Positions 1 through 10,861 of a stretch of DNA of 20,000 nt are shown here, piece after piece. The stretch covers positions 8,516,392-8,536,391 of the forward strand of contig NC_057750.1 in assembly GCF_004010195.1 (NCBI RefSeq). Direction: 5' to 3'. Position 1 is the first letter of the stretch. Each line of letters begins with the position of its first letter. The notes under the pieces were generated by a model, which had not been told where the DNA came from, did not search any database, and was given only the letters and a program-made list of their open reading frames with translations. Made by a program: the position numbers and the translations under genes. The DNA is from Chiloscyllium plagiosum. Lineage: Eukaryota.

Positions 1-264
1 CTGTCCTCTGCTTCATGCCTTTATTGACTTTGCCCTTATTAAGATACAATGGTCTCCAGCTTAGTGATTCCCCAAAGCAAAGCATTCCAAGCTTCTTCAT
101 TCCGCATGCAGACTCTTCATCTGTCCCCACTCTCAGACAGTGTCATGTCAGTCCCCACCCAAGATGCCTGCCTCCACACTCTGTCTAACACCAGGAAAAT
201 TGTATCCATAATGAATTAGAAATGAATCAGTGCCAGGTGTTGTGCATGTAGGTGATTGTGACTT

Positions 265-430
265 CAGTTGCCTGGGCCCAAACTTTGGAATTCCCTACAT
301 GAATCTCTCCCTCTCTCTCTCTGGGTCACAATCTCTCTCTCTCTCTCTGCCTGTCTCACAATCTCTCTCTCTCTCTGCCTGTCTCTAAGAAGCTCCTTAA
401 AACCTACTCTCTGACCAAAATGTTGGTCAC
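265..430 (+). mobile_element. L2-type LINE/SINE 3' tail remnant with expanded CT microsatellite
   Basis: gcctgggcccaaactttggaattccct...(ct)n...ctccttaaaacctactctctgaccaaaatgttggtcacc; related to 5715-6050 and, on the minus strand, 3985-4100. Confidence 0.55.
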
Positions 431-879
431 CTTTTCTAAAATCCCTCGGACAGTTATTGCCGATAACCATAATAATGTGAACTATAAAGATGCTATATTT
501 TTGCAAGTTGTTCTTTGGAAGCAATCTTCCTCACTGCACAACAAAAAAATTAAGTTTTTTAAAAATTCAAAACCATTAACCTGTGACCAGCAACTACCGA
601 AGAGTCTTAAGAATATACAGTGATATCAAATTTTGCTGAGGGCATTAAGACAAGCATAAGGCACAGAACTTACATATTGAGGGACCTAGCTCCTAGGTTT
701 AGTCAGCTATCAAAATGTACTTTGTCCACGAGAAATTAGATTCCCAAAACTAATCTGGTATCCATTTTATACCTGAATATATTGTGTTGTTTGTTCCTCA
801 ATTCAAAGGTGAGACCTGCTCAGGCTTGTGAATTTCTCTTATGGATTTAAATTAAATTCACATTCAGCCTAATTCTTTG

Positions 880-1010
880 CGAGGGAATCAGAGGTTATGG
901 GGGCTAGAATGGAGCATGGAATTCAAAACACAATCAGATTGCCGTGATCTTCTCGAATGGTGGAACATGCTCCAAGGGCCTATTCTGTCTTCTAATTCCT
1001 ATGTTTGTAT
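880..1010 (+). mobile_element. Old CR1 LINE 3' UTR fragment
   Basis: gggaatcagaggttatgggg...atcagattgccgtgatcttctcgaatggtggaacatgctccaagggcc...cctatgtttgtat; similar to the CR1 3' end at 4900-5030. Confidence 0.6.
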
Positions 1011-1815
1011 ATGATTGAACAGGCCAGTCCTTAACCTGCAGAGCTGGTGGGGCCTGGAGGGTAGGATGTGCTTCCTTTCCATTCCTCCTCTCTGCGGATT
1101 TGCTTCATCGTTAAGGCATTGGGACTTAAAGTTTAATGCAGCTTGACAGACAGATTGTCGCCATTTTGAACAATTGGAAGCAGATTCCTTAAAGATGAAT
1201 GTCAGAATATCCTTGAAACTGTATCCTTGTCCTCCCCCGGAAGATTGGCCATTTGACAATTGATGGTGCATTATCTGATATACTGGAGCTAATTTTTACA
1301 GTTTTGCCTCAACACATTTGTGTGTATTAATATAGATAAATATAAAATCATTAATAACAACTTGATTTAACTAAAAGAACATGACACATGTTTGGTGTAT
1401 CTTAAGAGACCTTCATTCCACAATAGGCCAGCGGTGAAATAATAATTTGGAGAGGAACTCCTCATATGCAGTGATGAATCTGACACTTGGAAATTAGTTA
1501 TGTTACTTTTGAAGAATCCCTCTTCCTCTCACTGTCTCTGTCTCTTTAATTTTGGGTATTTTTTGGCATTCAGTGATTCAGCCACTTCAAAGCTGCCTTC
1601 GATTTACTGTGGTGATTGCATGCTCTGTACAGAGACCTCTCCCTGTTCAAGAACACTGAGGTCCTGAATCATGTATGGCTCTTTCACACAGAGAATGAAT
1701 GTTACACTAAATTATTCAGCCAGGCTCTATGCAGCAGAATGATTTCCTTTGTAGGTGAGGGTTTTGTGTATGCGTGTATGTCTGTCGCTACCAGCGCAAT
1801 TTCCTTTTTACTTAC

Positions 1816-1870
1816 CAGCGTCTGTTCGGCAAGGTCATCCACTATGTAAATTTGATCAGATTTATTTTCG
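1816..1870 (-). other. Candidate exon (55 bp internal, or 3' part of a first exon)
   Basis: Minus-strand donor CTG|GTAAGT at 1816/1815; possible acceptor ccttctcccAG at 1872-1871; lies in unique sequence. Confidence 0.3.
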
Positions 1871-1894
1871 CTGGGAGAAGGTGGGAGCTGAATA

Positions 1895-2105
1895 CGGCCA
1901 TTGACTCAAAGCACGGCTTTTTAAAAAATAGTGCAGCTGCGTCCTAAACCCCATCCTGTGTGATTTTTTAACAATCTTTTCTTGTTGCGTTGCAAATTTG
2001 GCCTCATGACGTCATTTAAGGAATTGACATTAGCAATCATTGTTAGCTTCCAGTTGTGGGGAGCACAGTTTCCAGGTCAAAGAGACAGGAACCTATTGGC
2101 CTAAG
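1895..2105. promoter_or_regulatory. Candidate promoter/enhancer motif cluster
   Basis: Palindromic CRE ATGACGTCAT 2006-2015, AP-1-like TGACTCA 1902-1908, CCAAT on the minus strand at 2095-2099; several retained CpGs. Confidence 0.3.
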
Positions 2106-2319
2106 ACGTAGTGATTGAGAAATTCAAGAGAGCACACGGGAACCATTTTAGTTTACTACTTGATCTGCTTGGTTTCATTTTAGGTTTATTATCTGGTGTT
2201 CTCTGATATCCTCTACGTTCCCTTTAAGCAGACTGGCAGGGAATGATGTCTCCCGCCCCAGTTTCATCCTAGAAGAGAATACGATAATTGATTGTGCCCC
2301 TCAATTTCCATTTTTGTTT

Positions 2320-2695
2320 GTCAGCTGTGGTTCAGCCTTCTTGCCTCAGACCAGGTTCAGGCCCCACTCCAGTGGAGGAGGGATGGGGGAAGAGCACAAA
2401 AATAAAGACCGGTACTCCAATGCATTACAGAGCAGGTGCAGTTTTGTTTGAGGTGCCCTCTTTGCTGCTCTGTCTGCTGCTGCACCACTTCAAGGAAGTG
2501 CAGGGTCAAGTTTTCCGCTGTGTACTGGCCTGACCAAAATTGCTTCCTCCATCAGCATCGCAGTTGTGGTCATTTTCACACTGCTGCTCTATTGGAGTTT
2601 GCTGTGCACAGATTGGCAGCCATGTTTCTTACATTATAACTTCAAAAAATGCCTTTGGTTGTGAGACATGAAAATGGCGATACAAATAATCTTTT
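2320..2695 (+). mobile_element. DeuSINE (SacSINE1/AmnSINE1-like), diverged
   Basis: Head ggttcaggccccactccag; Deu-domain-like tggtcattttcacactgctg...gtttgctgtgcacagattggcagccatgtttcttacattataac; tail gaaaatggcgatacaaat. Confidence 0.65.
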
Positions 2696-2749
2696 TTTCA
2701 CAAAGAATCGGAGTACTGATTCATTAGTCCAGATGGTAGAGGGGATTGG

Positions 2750-3980
2750 TGGGTGCTGTACATGGTTAGCAGCAGGAGGTTGCCTTGCCCATGTTTGACC
2801 TGATGTCATGAAACTACCTGTGGTCCAGAAACAATGATGAGGATTCTCAGGGTGAGTATCTCCCAACTGTATACTACCGTGCAGCCACCCCTGCTGATGA
2901 GACAAGACAAACCCATGGATGATGATAGTGGTGTCTGGGACATTGTCTGTAAGATATGATTCTCTGAGTATGACTGTATCAGGCTGTATTTCTTGATTAG
3001 TCTGTGGGACAGCTCTCCGACTTGTGACAATTGTCCCTCAAGCTGTTAATCTGTAGGATGTAAAACTTGAAAGGGTGCAGAAAAGATTTACTAGGATGCT
3101 ACCAGGACTGGAGGGTTTGGTTGTAGGGAGAGGCCGAATAGAGGAGTGAATTTCCCTGGAGCTTTGGAGGCTGAGGGGTAACTTTATAGAGGTTTATAAA
3201 TCATAGGATGAATAGCCAAGATCTTTTTCCTAGGTTTGGGGTGTCCAAAACTAGAAGGCATAGGTTCAAGGTGAGAGGGGCAAGAGTTAAAAGGGAACTA
3301 AGGGGCAACGTTTTCACATGGTGGGCAGTGCCTGTATGGAAGAGCTGCCAGAGGGAGTGGTGGAGGCAGGTGCAGTTACAACATTTAAAAGGTATCTGGA
3401 TGGGCATATGAATAGGAAGGATTTAGAATGATATGGGCCAAATGTTGGATATCTGGTCAGCATTGGACTGATGGGTCTGCTTCCATGCTATATGAGTCTA
3501 TGACCCTTTGAGGACTTTGTAGGTTCAACAAGGCTGATCTTATGTGGTCCATCCAGTTTCATTTCTTTGAGACATTTTAGCAGTTGATAAAATTGGCTGC
3601 CTTGTTGGGGCCATTTCACAGGGCAGTTAAGAATCAACTGGGTTGCCATGGGTCTGGAGTCACGTGTAGGTCAGACTGTGTAACGATGGCAAATTTCCTT
3701 CCCTAAAGGGCATTAGTAAATTAGATGGGTTTTGCAATATTTTGCCTTCCCTATTAGTACATTGCTTGCCAGTTTGAATTCCCATTTGACCAGAGCAGGT
3801 GATGACCTTCTCTAAAGGGCTTTAGTGAATCAGACAATGGTTCAATGATCATGATTAAACTTTTAATTTCATAATTTCAAAAAGAAAAATCAAGCTCCAC
3901 TATTTGGTGTGGTAGGATTCGAACCTGTGTCCCCATAACAGTACCTGGGTGTCCAGCAACAATACCATTATTCTGTCACC
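2750..3980 (-). mobile_element. 5' part of an APE-endonuclease LINE preceded by a tRNA-like SINE-type head, interrupted by a CR1 at 3052-3505
   Basis: Decayed reading GELSHRL...SRGGCTVVYS resembles an APE N-terminus. B-box GGTTCGAATCC at 3925-3915 and A-box-like sequence near 3980-3961. Body 3610-3730 matches the SINE fragment at 6570-6770. Confidence 0.55.
3052..3505 (+). mobile_element. CR1 LINE 3' fragment (ORF2 C-terminus + 3' UTR)
   Basis: Encodes KLERVQKRFTRMLPGL and LFPRFGVSKTRRHRFKVRG...RGNVFT; ctatga-type tail. Confidence 0.9.
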
Positions 3981-3984
3981 TAGC

Positions 3985-4100
3985 AGAGAGGTTTAAGGGG
4001 AGAATTCCAGAGTCAAGGCCGCTGAAGGCATGGCTGCCAATGGTGGAGTGATTGAAATTGGGGTTGCAAAGAATTAGAGGAGTACACATATTTCAGAGGG
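3985..4100 (-). mobile_element. L2-type 3' tail fragment
   Basis: gagaggtttaaggggagaattccagag is the reverse complement of the tail motif seen at 265-430. Confidence 0.5.
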
Positions 4101-4519
4101 ACTCCCATCAGGAAACCTCGCTTTAGACTAAGGTCCTCTCATTCACTGCACTGCACCAAGTCCAAGTGAGCTGAGCCCCTTCTTATTCACTCCCACTAAA
4201 TATGATCCCACTTGCTGAAAGCTCTTCCTTTTTACTCCCATTATAAACTATTTCAATCGATCAGTTTTATCCCAGTGTAGAGAATTACAAGCCTCCTATA
4301 ATTAGCAGCCTTGACCTATGGACTTCTGTAATTAACCTATTATAATTAGTAACATACCAATTGGAAAAAATTGGATTCAAGTGGGATTAGGAAGCGCATC
4401 TTAAAACTACTAGTTAAAATGTTAATTCACAATATGTATTATTTAACGGCATACACATTTTAAAATATTTATCTAAATGTAATCCACTAGAATTTAACAA
4501 AAAATGCATAGGCGTAAAC

Positions 4520-5150
4520 TCAATGGAAATCTTGCACTGAATATGACTTGGAACTCACTGCCATGAGAACTCAAATAGCAGAGATGCCTCTATGGGGGCA
4601 ATGGATAAACTGATGAGGGAGAAAGGAATATGTGAAAAGGTTGGACAGGCTCTGCTTGTATTCACTGGAGTTTAGAGGGAACTTAATTGAAATGTATATG
4701 ATCCTGAAGGGTCTTGACACAATAGACATGAAAGCAGGTTTGCTCATGTGGGAGAATCTTGAATTAGGTATCACTATTTAAAAACACAGGGATGGTGGGA
4801 ATAATGAGGAGAAATGTGAAACTTTGGAAATCTCTTTCTCAAAATGTGGAGGAAGCAGAATCTTTGAATACTTTTAAAGTAGAGGTGAATAAATTCTTGA
4901 TGAGCAAGGGGATGATTGGTTATCTGGGGTGGGGGGGGTAAGGTGGGAATATGGAACAATCAGATCTCTTATAGAATGGCAAACAGGTTGGAGGGGCAGA
5001 GTGGCCTTTTCCTGATCATAATTCATATGAATGGCAGGTTACATTGATGGGTTGCAAAATGAAGGATGGAATCAAGGTCATGTGGAGAATAAGTGCTAGC
5101 ATGGACCTGTTGGGCTGAATAACCTCTTCCTACCCCGTAAATTCTATGCA
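4520..5150 (+). mobile_element. Two nested old CR1 3' fragments (inner about 4630-5030)
   Basis: aggttggacaggctctgcttgtattcactggagtttagagggaacttaattgaaatgtat...gaggggcagagtggcct; outer tggaactcactgcc...gacctgttgggctgaat. Confidence 0.75.
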
Positions 5151-5356
5151 AGTATGATTTATCAAAGATTTGAAAACTTCATTGAATTATAAGTCACTGG
5201 CAAATTGATCAGAATTGAATGATTAAGGTAACAGTGTAAAATGAAAATAAGGTAACAGCTCCTTTACAAAAGTAGCAATAAATTTAGCTTGCTATTTAAA
5301 GTATTGGAAACCCACAATTTTAAGTTCTGCACTCTGGAGCCATACACCCTTCTCAC

Positions 5357-5487
5357 CTTTTTTGTCACTAAACTGTAAAGGAACATTTGACGAGGAAGAC
5401 AAGGTGATTCTCATCGCTACTTCTGCAGGACGGAGTTATTCAGTTGAGGAGTTTCACTTTGAAAAGATGTGACACAGAGAAGCCCTG
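5357..5487 (-). other. Candidate exon with a possible start codon (MRITLSSSSNVPLQFSDKK, phase 1)
   Basis: Acceptor ttaatgccttacatttcttcAG (NAGNAG 5487/5484), donor AAG|GTGAGA at 5357/5356, ATG at 5414 open to the donor; unique sequence; protein not recognised. Confidence 0.35.
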
Positions 5488-5689
5488 CTGAAGAAATGTA
5501 AGGCATTAAATCACAGAGATAAATCCAACCTGGAATTAACTTTGACTTATACCAGTTTATTTGTACAGATTAAAGTTGGTGAGAGGGAAGTTCAGTACAA
5601 CAATTGGCTTTCAAAGTATGGGTAACTTTGGGGTTCTTTAAGATTTTGAAACTCTCATCCATATTTTTCAAATCCTGCCATGAGATTCC

Positions 5690-6100
5690 ACCTCCCTATG
5701 TCAAATTTGTTCCAACCCTCTCATCTTCTGAGATCTCTGCAGTCCTCAATCTCTGATTCCATGATTTTTGTCATTTCTCTGCGAATTTCACAATCTAGAA
5801 TTCCCTCCCTGAACATTCCTGATGAAGGGCTTTTACCCAAAGCGTCGATTCTCCCGCTCCTTGGATGCTGCCTGACTTGCTGAACTTTTCCAGCACCACG
5901 CTCTTTACTCTAATCTCCAGCATCTGCAGTCCTCACATTCGCCCATCCTCTTGTCTCTGCCTTTGTCTCTCATTTTTTAAAGATGCTGTTCAGAACCTTC
6001 CTCTTTGACCAAGGGTTTGGTCAGCTGTCCTAATTTCTCCCAATGCTGCTCAACTTTTGTTTGTTTACAACTCTACTGATGCATTTTGGGCTGCTTTAAG
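5690..6100 (+). mobile_element. L2-type 3' fragment split by a PLE pLTR insertion
   Basis: ctagaattccctccctgaac | ...aagatgctgttcagaaccttcctctttgaccaagggtttggtcagctgtcctaa. Confidence 0.6.
5815..5944 (+). mobile_element. Solo Penelope/Poseidon-type pLTR beginning at a degenerate hammerhead motif
   Basis: attcCTGATGAagggcttttacccaaagcgtcgatt...ctccagcatctgcagtcctcacattcgccc; homologous to 8881-9004 and 16901-17106. Confidence 0.85.
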
Positions 6101-6569
6101 GTTTAAGTTGATTGAAATGTAGAAAATAGGAGTAGGCCACTGACACATGACTTAAGGAAGGCCAGGCACTGCATTCAATTGTTCTCTACTATGAAGTGGC
6201 TTTATCAGAATATTCATATTTAGCTAAGACTAACCAAACAAGACCTCTCCACTTAGTGTCAGAGGCTCTGTCAGATCAGCGCACAATACAGTCCTATCTG
6301 CTGCTCCTGGCATTTCTTCTGTATTCACCAGGTGGTGGTAAACTTTTCTGACAGTATATCTTATGATCTATATCAGTGGATTAGATTAACTGTAACTGCT
6401 ATAAATAAGATGATCGTGAGTGATACCAAAATTCACCATGCGTTTGATCATGAAAGGTGTAGACCATAGGAGGCTAGCAATGGATGGATCGAGTGGGCAG
6501 AAAAGTAGCAATTAGGAATTCAGTCAGGTAATGCATGATCTAATACATTGGGGAGGGCAAAAATTTGTA

Positions 6570-6772
6570 ATACCTGTCTGGTTCACTGAATGACCTTTAG
6601 AGAAGGAAATCTGCAATCCTTACCCAGTCTGACCTACAGACCCATAGCAATCGCATTGACTCTTATATACCTTCTGAAATGGTCTAACAAGCCGTTCAAT
6701 TCAAGAGCAAGTAGGAATGAGCAACAAATGCTGGCTTTGTCAGCAACACCCTTGTCCCATTAGAGAATAAAC
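6570..6772 (+). mobile_element. tRNA-derived SINE, 3' half
   Basis: ctggttcactgaatgacctttagagaaggaaatctgc...aaatgctggctttgtcagcaacacc...gaataaa; matches the reverse complement of 3610-3730. Confidence 0.7.
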
Positions 6773-6913
6773 TATAGGGGAAAAAATAAGATTCTATGAA
6801 GTGTGGAAAATTAAAAATCCTTGGCAAGGAATGTCCGACGTAGGAAGACAAGTAGATAAGGTGGTCAAGGCAGCAAACAGATATTTCCCTTTACTGGCCA
6901 GGTCATAGACTAT

Positions 6914-7362
6914 GGATTCTGGATTAGTGGTGCTGGAAGAGCATAGCAGTTCAGGCAGCATCCAAGGAGCAGCGAAATCGATGTTTCGGGCAAAAGCCCT
7001 TCATCAGGAATAAAGGCAGTGAGCCTGAAGCGTGGAGAGACCAGCTAGAGGAGGGTGGGGGTGGGGAGAAAGTAGCATAGAGTACAATGGGTGAGTGGGG
7101 GAGGGGATAAAGGTGATAGATCAGGGAGGAGAGGGTGGAGTGGATAGGTGGAAAAGGAGATAGGCAGGTAGGACAGGTCCGGACAAGTCATGGGGACAGT
7201 GCAGAGCTGGAAGTTTGGAACTAGGTTGAGGTGGGGGAAGGGGAAATGAGGAAACTGTTGAAGTCCACATTGATGCCCTGGGGTTGAAGTGTTCCGAGGC
7301 GGTATTTAAGATGAGGCGTTCTTCCTCCAGGCGTCTGGTGGTGAGGGAGCGGCGGTGAAGGA
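6914..7362 (-). mobile_element. 5'-truncated Poseidon-type PLE (GIY-YIG C-terminus, 3' UTR, pLTR) with 18-bp TSD
   Basis: Minus strand reads GLLHRRSLTTRRLEEERLI../RLGTLQPQGINVDFNSF; perfect TSD ggccaggtcatagactat at 6896-6913 and 7363-7380. Confidence 0.9.
6976..7011 (-). ncRNA. Minimal type I hammerhead ribozyme motif in a PLE pLTR
   Basis: RNA: AUUC CUGAUGA A GGGC UUUU GCCC GAAA C AUC GAU; both core boxes and stem II intact; sister copies have GUC at the cleavage triplet. Confidence 0.75.
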
Positions 7363-8880
7363 GGCCAGGTCATAGACTATAAGAGCAGGAAGTCTATGCT
7401 TGAACTGTAATAAAAAATAAACACCAGTTAGGCCACAGTTCAAGTGCTGTGCACATTTCTGGTCACTGCATTACAGGAAGGATGTTATTGCACTTGGGAG
7501 CGTACAGTCAAGATTTATGGGGATGTTGTTGGGAATGGAGAATTTTAGTTGTCAGGCAGGATTGCACACATTAGATTTTCTTGGGGCTGGAGGAAGTTGA
7601 GGGAGACCTCCTCCTGTCCTGCCTTGAGCTCTTTCTTGCCTGGAGGTTGGGGATCATGCTCTGCCTCTGTCCTCCCTTCAGGCAACATCCTCACAGTCCA
7701 CTGTACTCATCGACCCCTCTCTCAGCTGCCCTATGGAAGAAATCTCTGTCCCATTTCAGCTCTGAAAAAAATCCTGCGAAACCCTGGCATTAACTTCTCT
7801 GGATGTCACTTTTTAAGACACCCCAGTATGCCAACATTTTCATGCACAGGTTCGAACAAGACGACTTTTCTGCACAGAACCTGCAACCAACACTATACAC
7901 CAGATATAATGACAACATTTTTTTCCTGTGGACCCCTGGTGAGGAGTTACTGAAACAACTACACAGTGATATCAATGAGTTTCTTCTCACCATCAGATTT
8001 ACCATGGACTACTCTTTAGTATCTGTCTCATTCTTGGACATATGCATCTACATCAAAGATAGGCACTTCAGCACCTCACTCTACCACAAACCCATGGATA
8101 ATCTCACAATGCTACACTTCTCTAGCTTCCACTCGAAGCATATTAAAACAGCCATCCCATACAGACAACCCCACGCATACACAGGATCTGTTCAGATGAG
8201 GACAAACATGACAGACACCTGAAGGTGCTCAAGGATGCCCTTATAAGAACAGGGTACGATGCTCAACTCGTTGACCGCCAGTTCAGACATTCCACAACGA
8301 GAAACCATAATGATCTCCTCAGGAGACAGACAGGGTTGCAACCAATAGGGTTGTTCAGTTCTTCTCGGGAGCCGAAAAACTGTGCCATGTTCTTTGTAGT
8401 CTGCAACATATTATTGATGAGGATGAGCACCTCGTCAAGACCTTCCTTACACCCCCACTTCTTGCCTTTAAACAACCACCAAACCTTAAACAGATCATTG
8501 TTTGTCGCAAACTGCTGAGCCTTCAGGACAACATTGACCACAACACCGTAACAGTCCTGTCAGGGCAACCGCTGCAAGACATGTCAGAGTGTTGACACAG
8601 ATACTACCATTATACACCATTTATGTGTCAGGTACTCATGTGACTTGGCCAACATTGTCTGCAGCGTATGAGATAGACAATGATGCCCTGAGGCATGGTA
8701 CATTGGCAAGACCCAGCAGACACTATAACAATGGACAAATGGACACTGCACAACAATCGCCAGGCAGGAGTGTTCCCTCCCAGTCAGGGAACACTTCAGT
8801 GGTCAGGGACATTCGGCCTCAGACCTTTGGGTGACCATCCTCTAGGTGGTCTTTGGGACAGACAACAAAGCAAAGTGGCT

Positions 8881-9004
8881 AGGCGAAAGTGAGTACTGCA
8901 GATGCTGGAGATTAGTGTCTAGAGTGTGGATTATGGAAAAGCACAGCAGGTCAGGCAGCATCTAAGGAGCAGGAAAATCGACGTTTTGGGCAAACGCCCT
9001 TCAT
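8881..9004 (-). mobile_element. Poseidon-type pLTR fragment ending inside the hammerhead core, fused to a CR1
   Basis: aggcgaaagtgagtactgcagatgctggag...aatcgacgttttgggcaaacgcccttcat; stops at ATGA of CTGATGA. Confidence 0.85.
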
Positions 9005-9969
9005 GTTTACATAAATGATTTGGATCTGAGCATAAGAGGTACAGTTAGTAAGTTTGCAGATGACACCAAAATTGGAGGTGTAGTCGACAGTGAAGAGGGT
9101 TAGCTCAGATTACAACAGAGTCTGGACTAGATGGGCCAATGGCTGAGAAGTGGCAGATGGAGTTTACTTCAGATAAATGTGAGGTGCTGCATTTTGGGAA
9201 AGCAAATCTTAGCAGGACTTATACACTTAATGGTAAGGTCCTAGGGAGTGTTGCTGAACAAAGAGACCTTGGAGTGCAGGTTCATAGCTCCTTGACAGTG
9301 GAGTCGCAGGTAGATAGGATAGTGAAGAAGGCGTTTGGTATGCTTTCCTTTATTGGTCAGAGTATTGAGTACAGGAGTTGGGAAGTCATGTTGCGGCTGT
9401 ACAGGACATTGGTTAGGCCACTGTTGGAATATTGTGTGCAAATCTGGTCTCCTTCCTATCTGAAAGATGTTGCAAAACTTGAAAGGGTTCAGAAAAGATT
9501 TACAAGGATGTCCCAGGGTTGGAGGATTCGAGCTGTAGGGAGAGGCTGAACAGGCTGGGGCTGTTTTCCCTGCAGCGTCGGAGGCTGAGGGGTGATCTTA
9601 TAGAGGTTTACATAATTATGAGGGATGTGGATAAGGTAAATAGGCGAAGTCTTTTCCCTGGGACGGGGAGTCCAGAACTAGTGGGCATAGGTTTAGATTT
9701 AGGCATAGGTGAGAGGGGAAAGATATAAAAGAGACCTAAGGGGCAACTTTTTCACGCAGAGGGTGGTACGTGTATGGAATGCGCTGCCAGAGGAAGAGGT
9801 GGAGGCTGGTACAATTGCAACATTTAAGAGGCATTTGGATGGGTATATGAATAGGAAGGGTTTGGAGGGATATGGGCTGGGTGCTGGCAGGTGGGATTAG
9901 ATTGGATTGGGATATCTGGTCGGCATGGACCGAAGGGTCTTTTTCCATGCTGTACATCTCTATGACTCT
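9005..9969 (+). mobile_element. CR1 LINE, 5'-truncated (RT FADD motif to 3' tail)
   Basis: YINDLD...KFADDTK; WQMEF..DKCEVLHFG; YRTLVRPLLEYC; LERVQKRFTRM; tail ctctatgactct. Confidence 0.95.
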
Positions 9970-10067
9970 AACAATGCAAAGTGGCTGAGTTTGGTACCCA
10001 TGAGGATGGCCTCAACTGGGACCTTGGATTCATGTCACACTACAGATGACCCCACGCATTATATAAT

Positions 10068-10300
10068 CTCTCGCTCTCACACACATGTGCATGCACACAA
10101 GCATACACACACATTCTTACATGCTCACACTCACGCAGACTCTCTCTCATACACACACACACCCCACACTCACACCCATGCACGCACCCTTTCACAGATT
10201 TGTGTCCCACCATACTCATATACATACTTTACCAAGCTTACACACATGCAAACACTCTCCCACATGCACAAACTCTGTTTCTCCTGCACGCGTGCACATA
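10068..10300. repeat. Degenerate (CA)n low-complexity tract in the PLE 3' UTR
   Basis: cacacacatgtgcatgcacacaagcatacacacac... Confidence 0.8.
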
Positions 10301-10705
10301 TAAGTTTGAGGTGAATTTGTATCTGCAGAATTATATTTACAGATAAGTTCTATTTTCCTCAAAAAGTACATAACCTACAGTAAATCTATGTAATAGTCTA
10401 TAAATCTCACTTTAGAAATAGAACCAGTGTGACTCAAGATTGGGACAGAGACAGACTTTAACCTCACACCTTTAATGCATTGTCTGAGCTGAGATGGCAC
10501 CTTTTGTTAGGAAACCTGAAGTTCTCTCGAGAATGTGACTTAAAAGAAGTTCTGGGATTTACATATTAAAGAACCGAAACAAACAAACCCATTCTAAAAG
10601 ATGAAAGACTTAATCTAGGTTTATCACTTCAGCTGCATGATATATGTAGTCTTCTGCTATAAATTCTGTGCATTATAGTCCTGCTTCACAACCACCTGAT
10701 GAAGA

Positions 10706-10861
10706 TTCGGAGATGCCGGTGTTGGACTGGGGTGTACAAAGTTAAAAATCACACAACACCAGGTTATAGTCCAACAGGTTTAATTGGAAGCACACTAGCT
10801 AGTGTGCTTCCAATTAAACCTGTTGGACTATAACCTGGTGTTGTGTGATTTTTAACTTTGT
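10706..10861. mobile_element. Hairpin pLTR-only PLE insertion (perfect 130-bp palindrome 10734-10863) with 12-bp TSD
   Basis: 65-bp arms are exact reverse complements about 10798/10799; TSD acctgatgaaga at 10694-10705 and 10862-10873. Confidence 0.9.

Larger units (their letters stand above)
6470..7607 (+). mobile_element. Very old CR1 ORF2 fragment hosting SINE and PLE insertions
   Basis: gagtgggcagaaaag...ttaggccacagttcaagtgctgtgcacatttctggtcactgcattacaggaaggatg...ttgagggagacc is collinear with the CR1 at 9005-9969. Confidence 0.7.

Noticed and set aside
326..385. Tandem duplication of about 30 bp
   Set aside because: Ordinary slippage within a CT microsatellite
3905..3980. tRNA gene
   Set aside because: Only A/B-box-like motifs, no cloverleaf; continues into a SINE body
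5380..5472. Plus-strand peptide GTFDEEDKVILIATSAGRSYSVEEFHFEKM as a terminal exon
   Set aside because: Not recognised, and the minus-strand splice signals over the same bases are better; not fully excluded
9907..10314. His/Thr-rich ORFs
   Set aside because: Artefacts of the CA-rich tract
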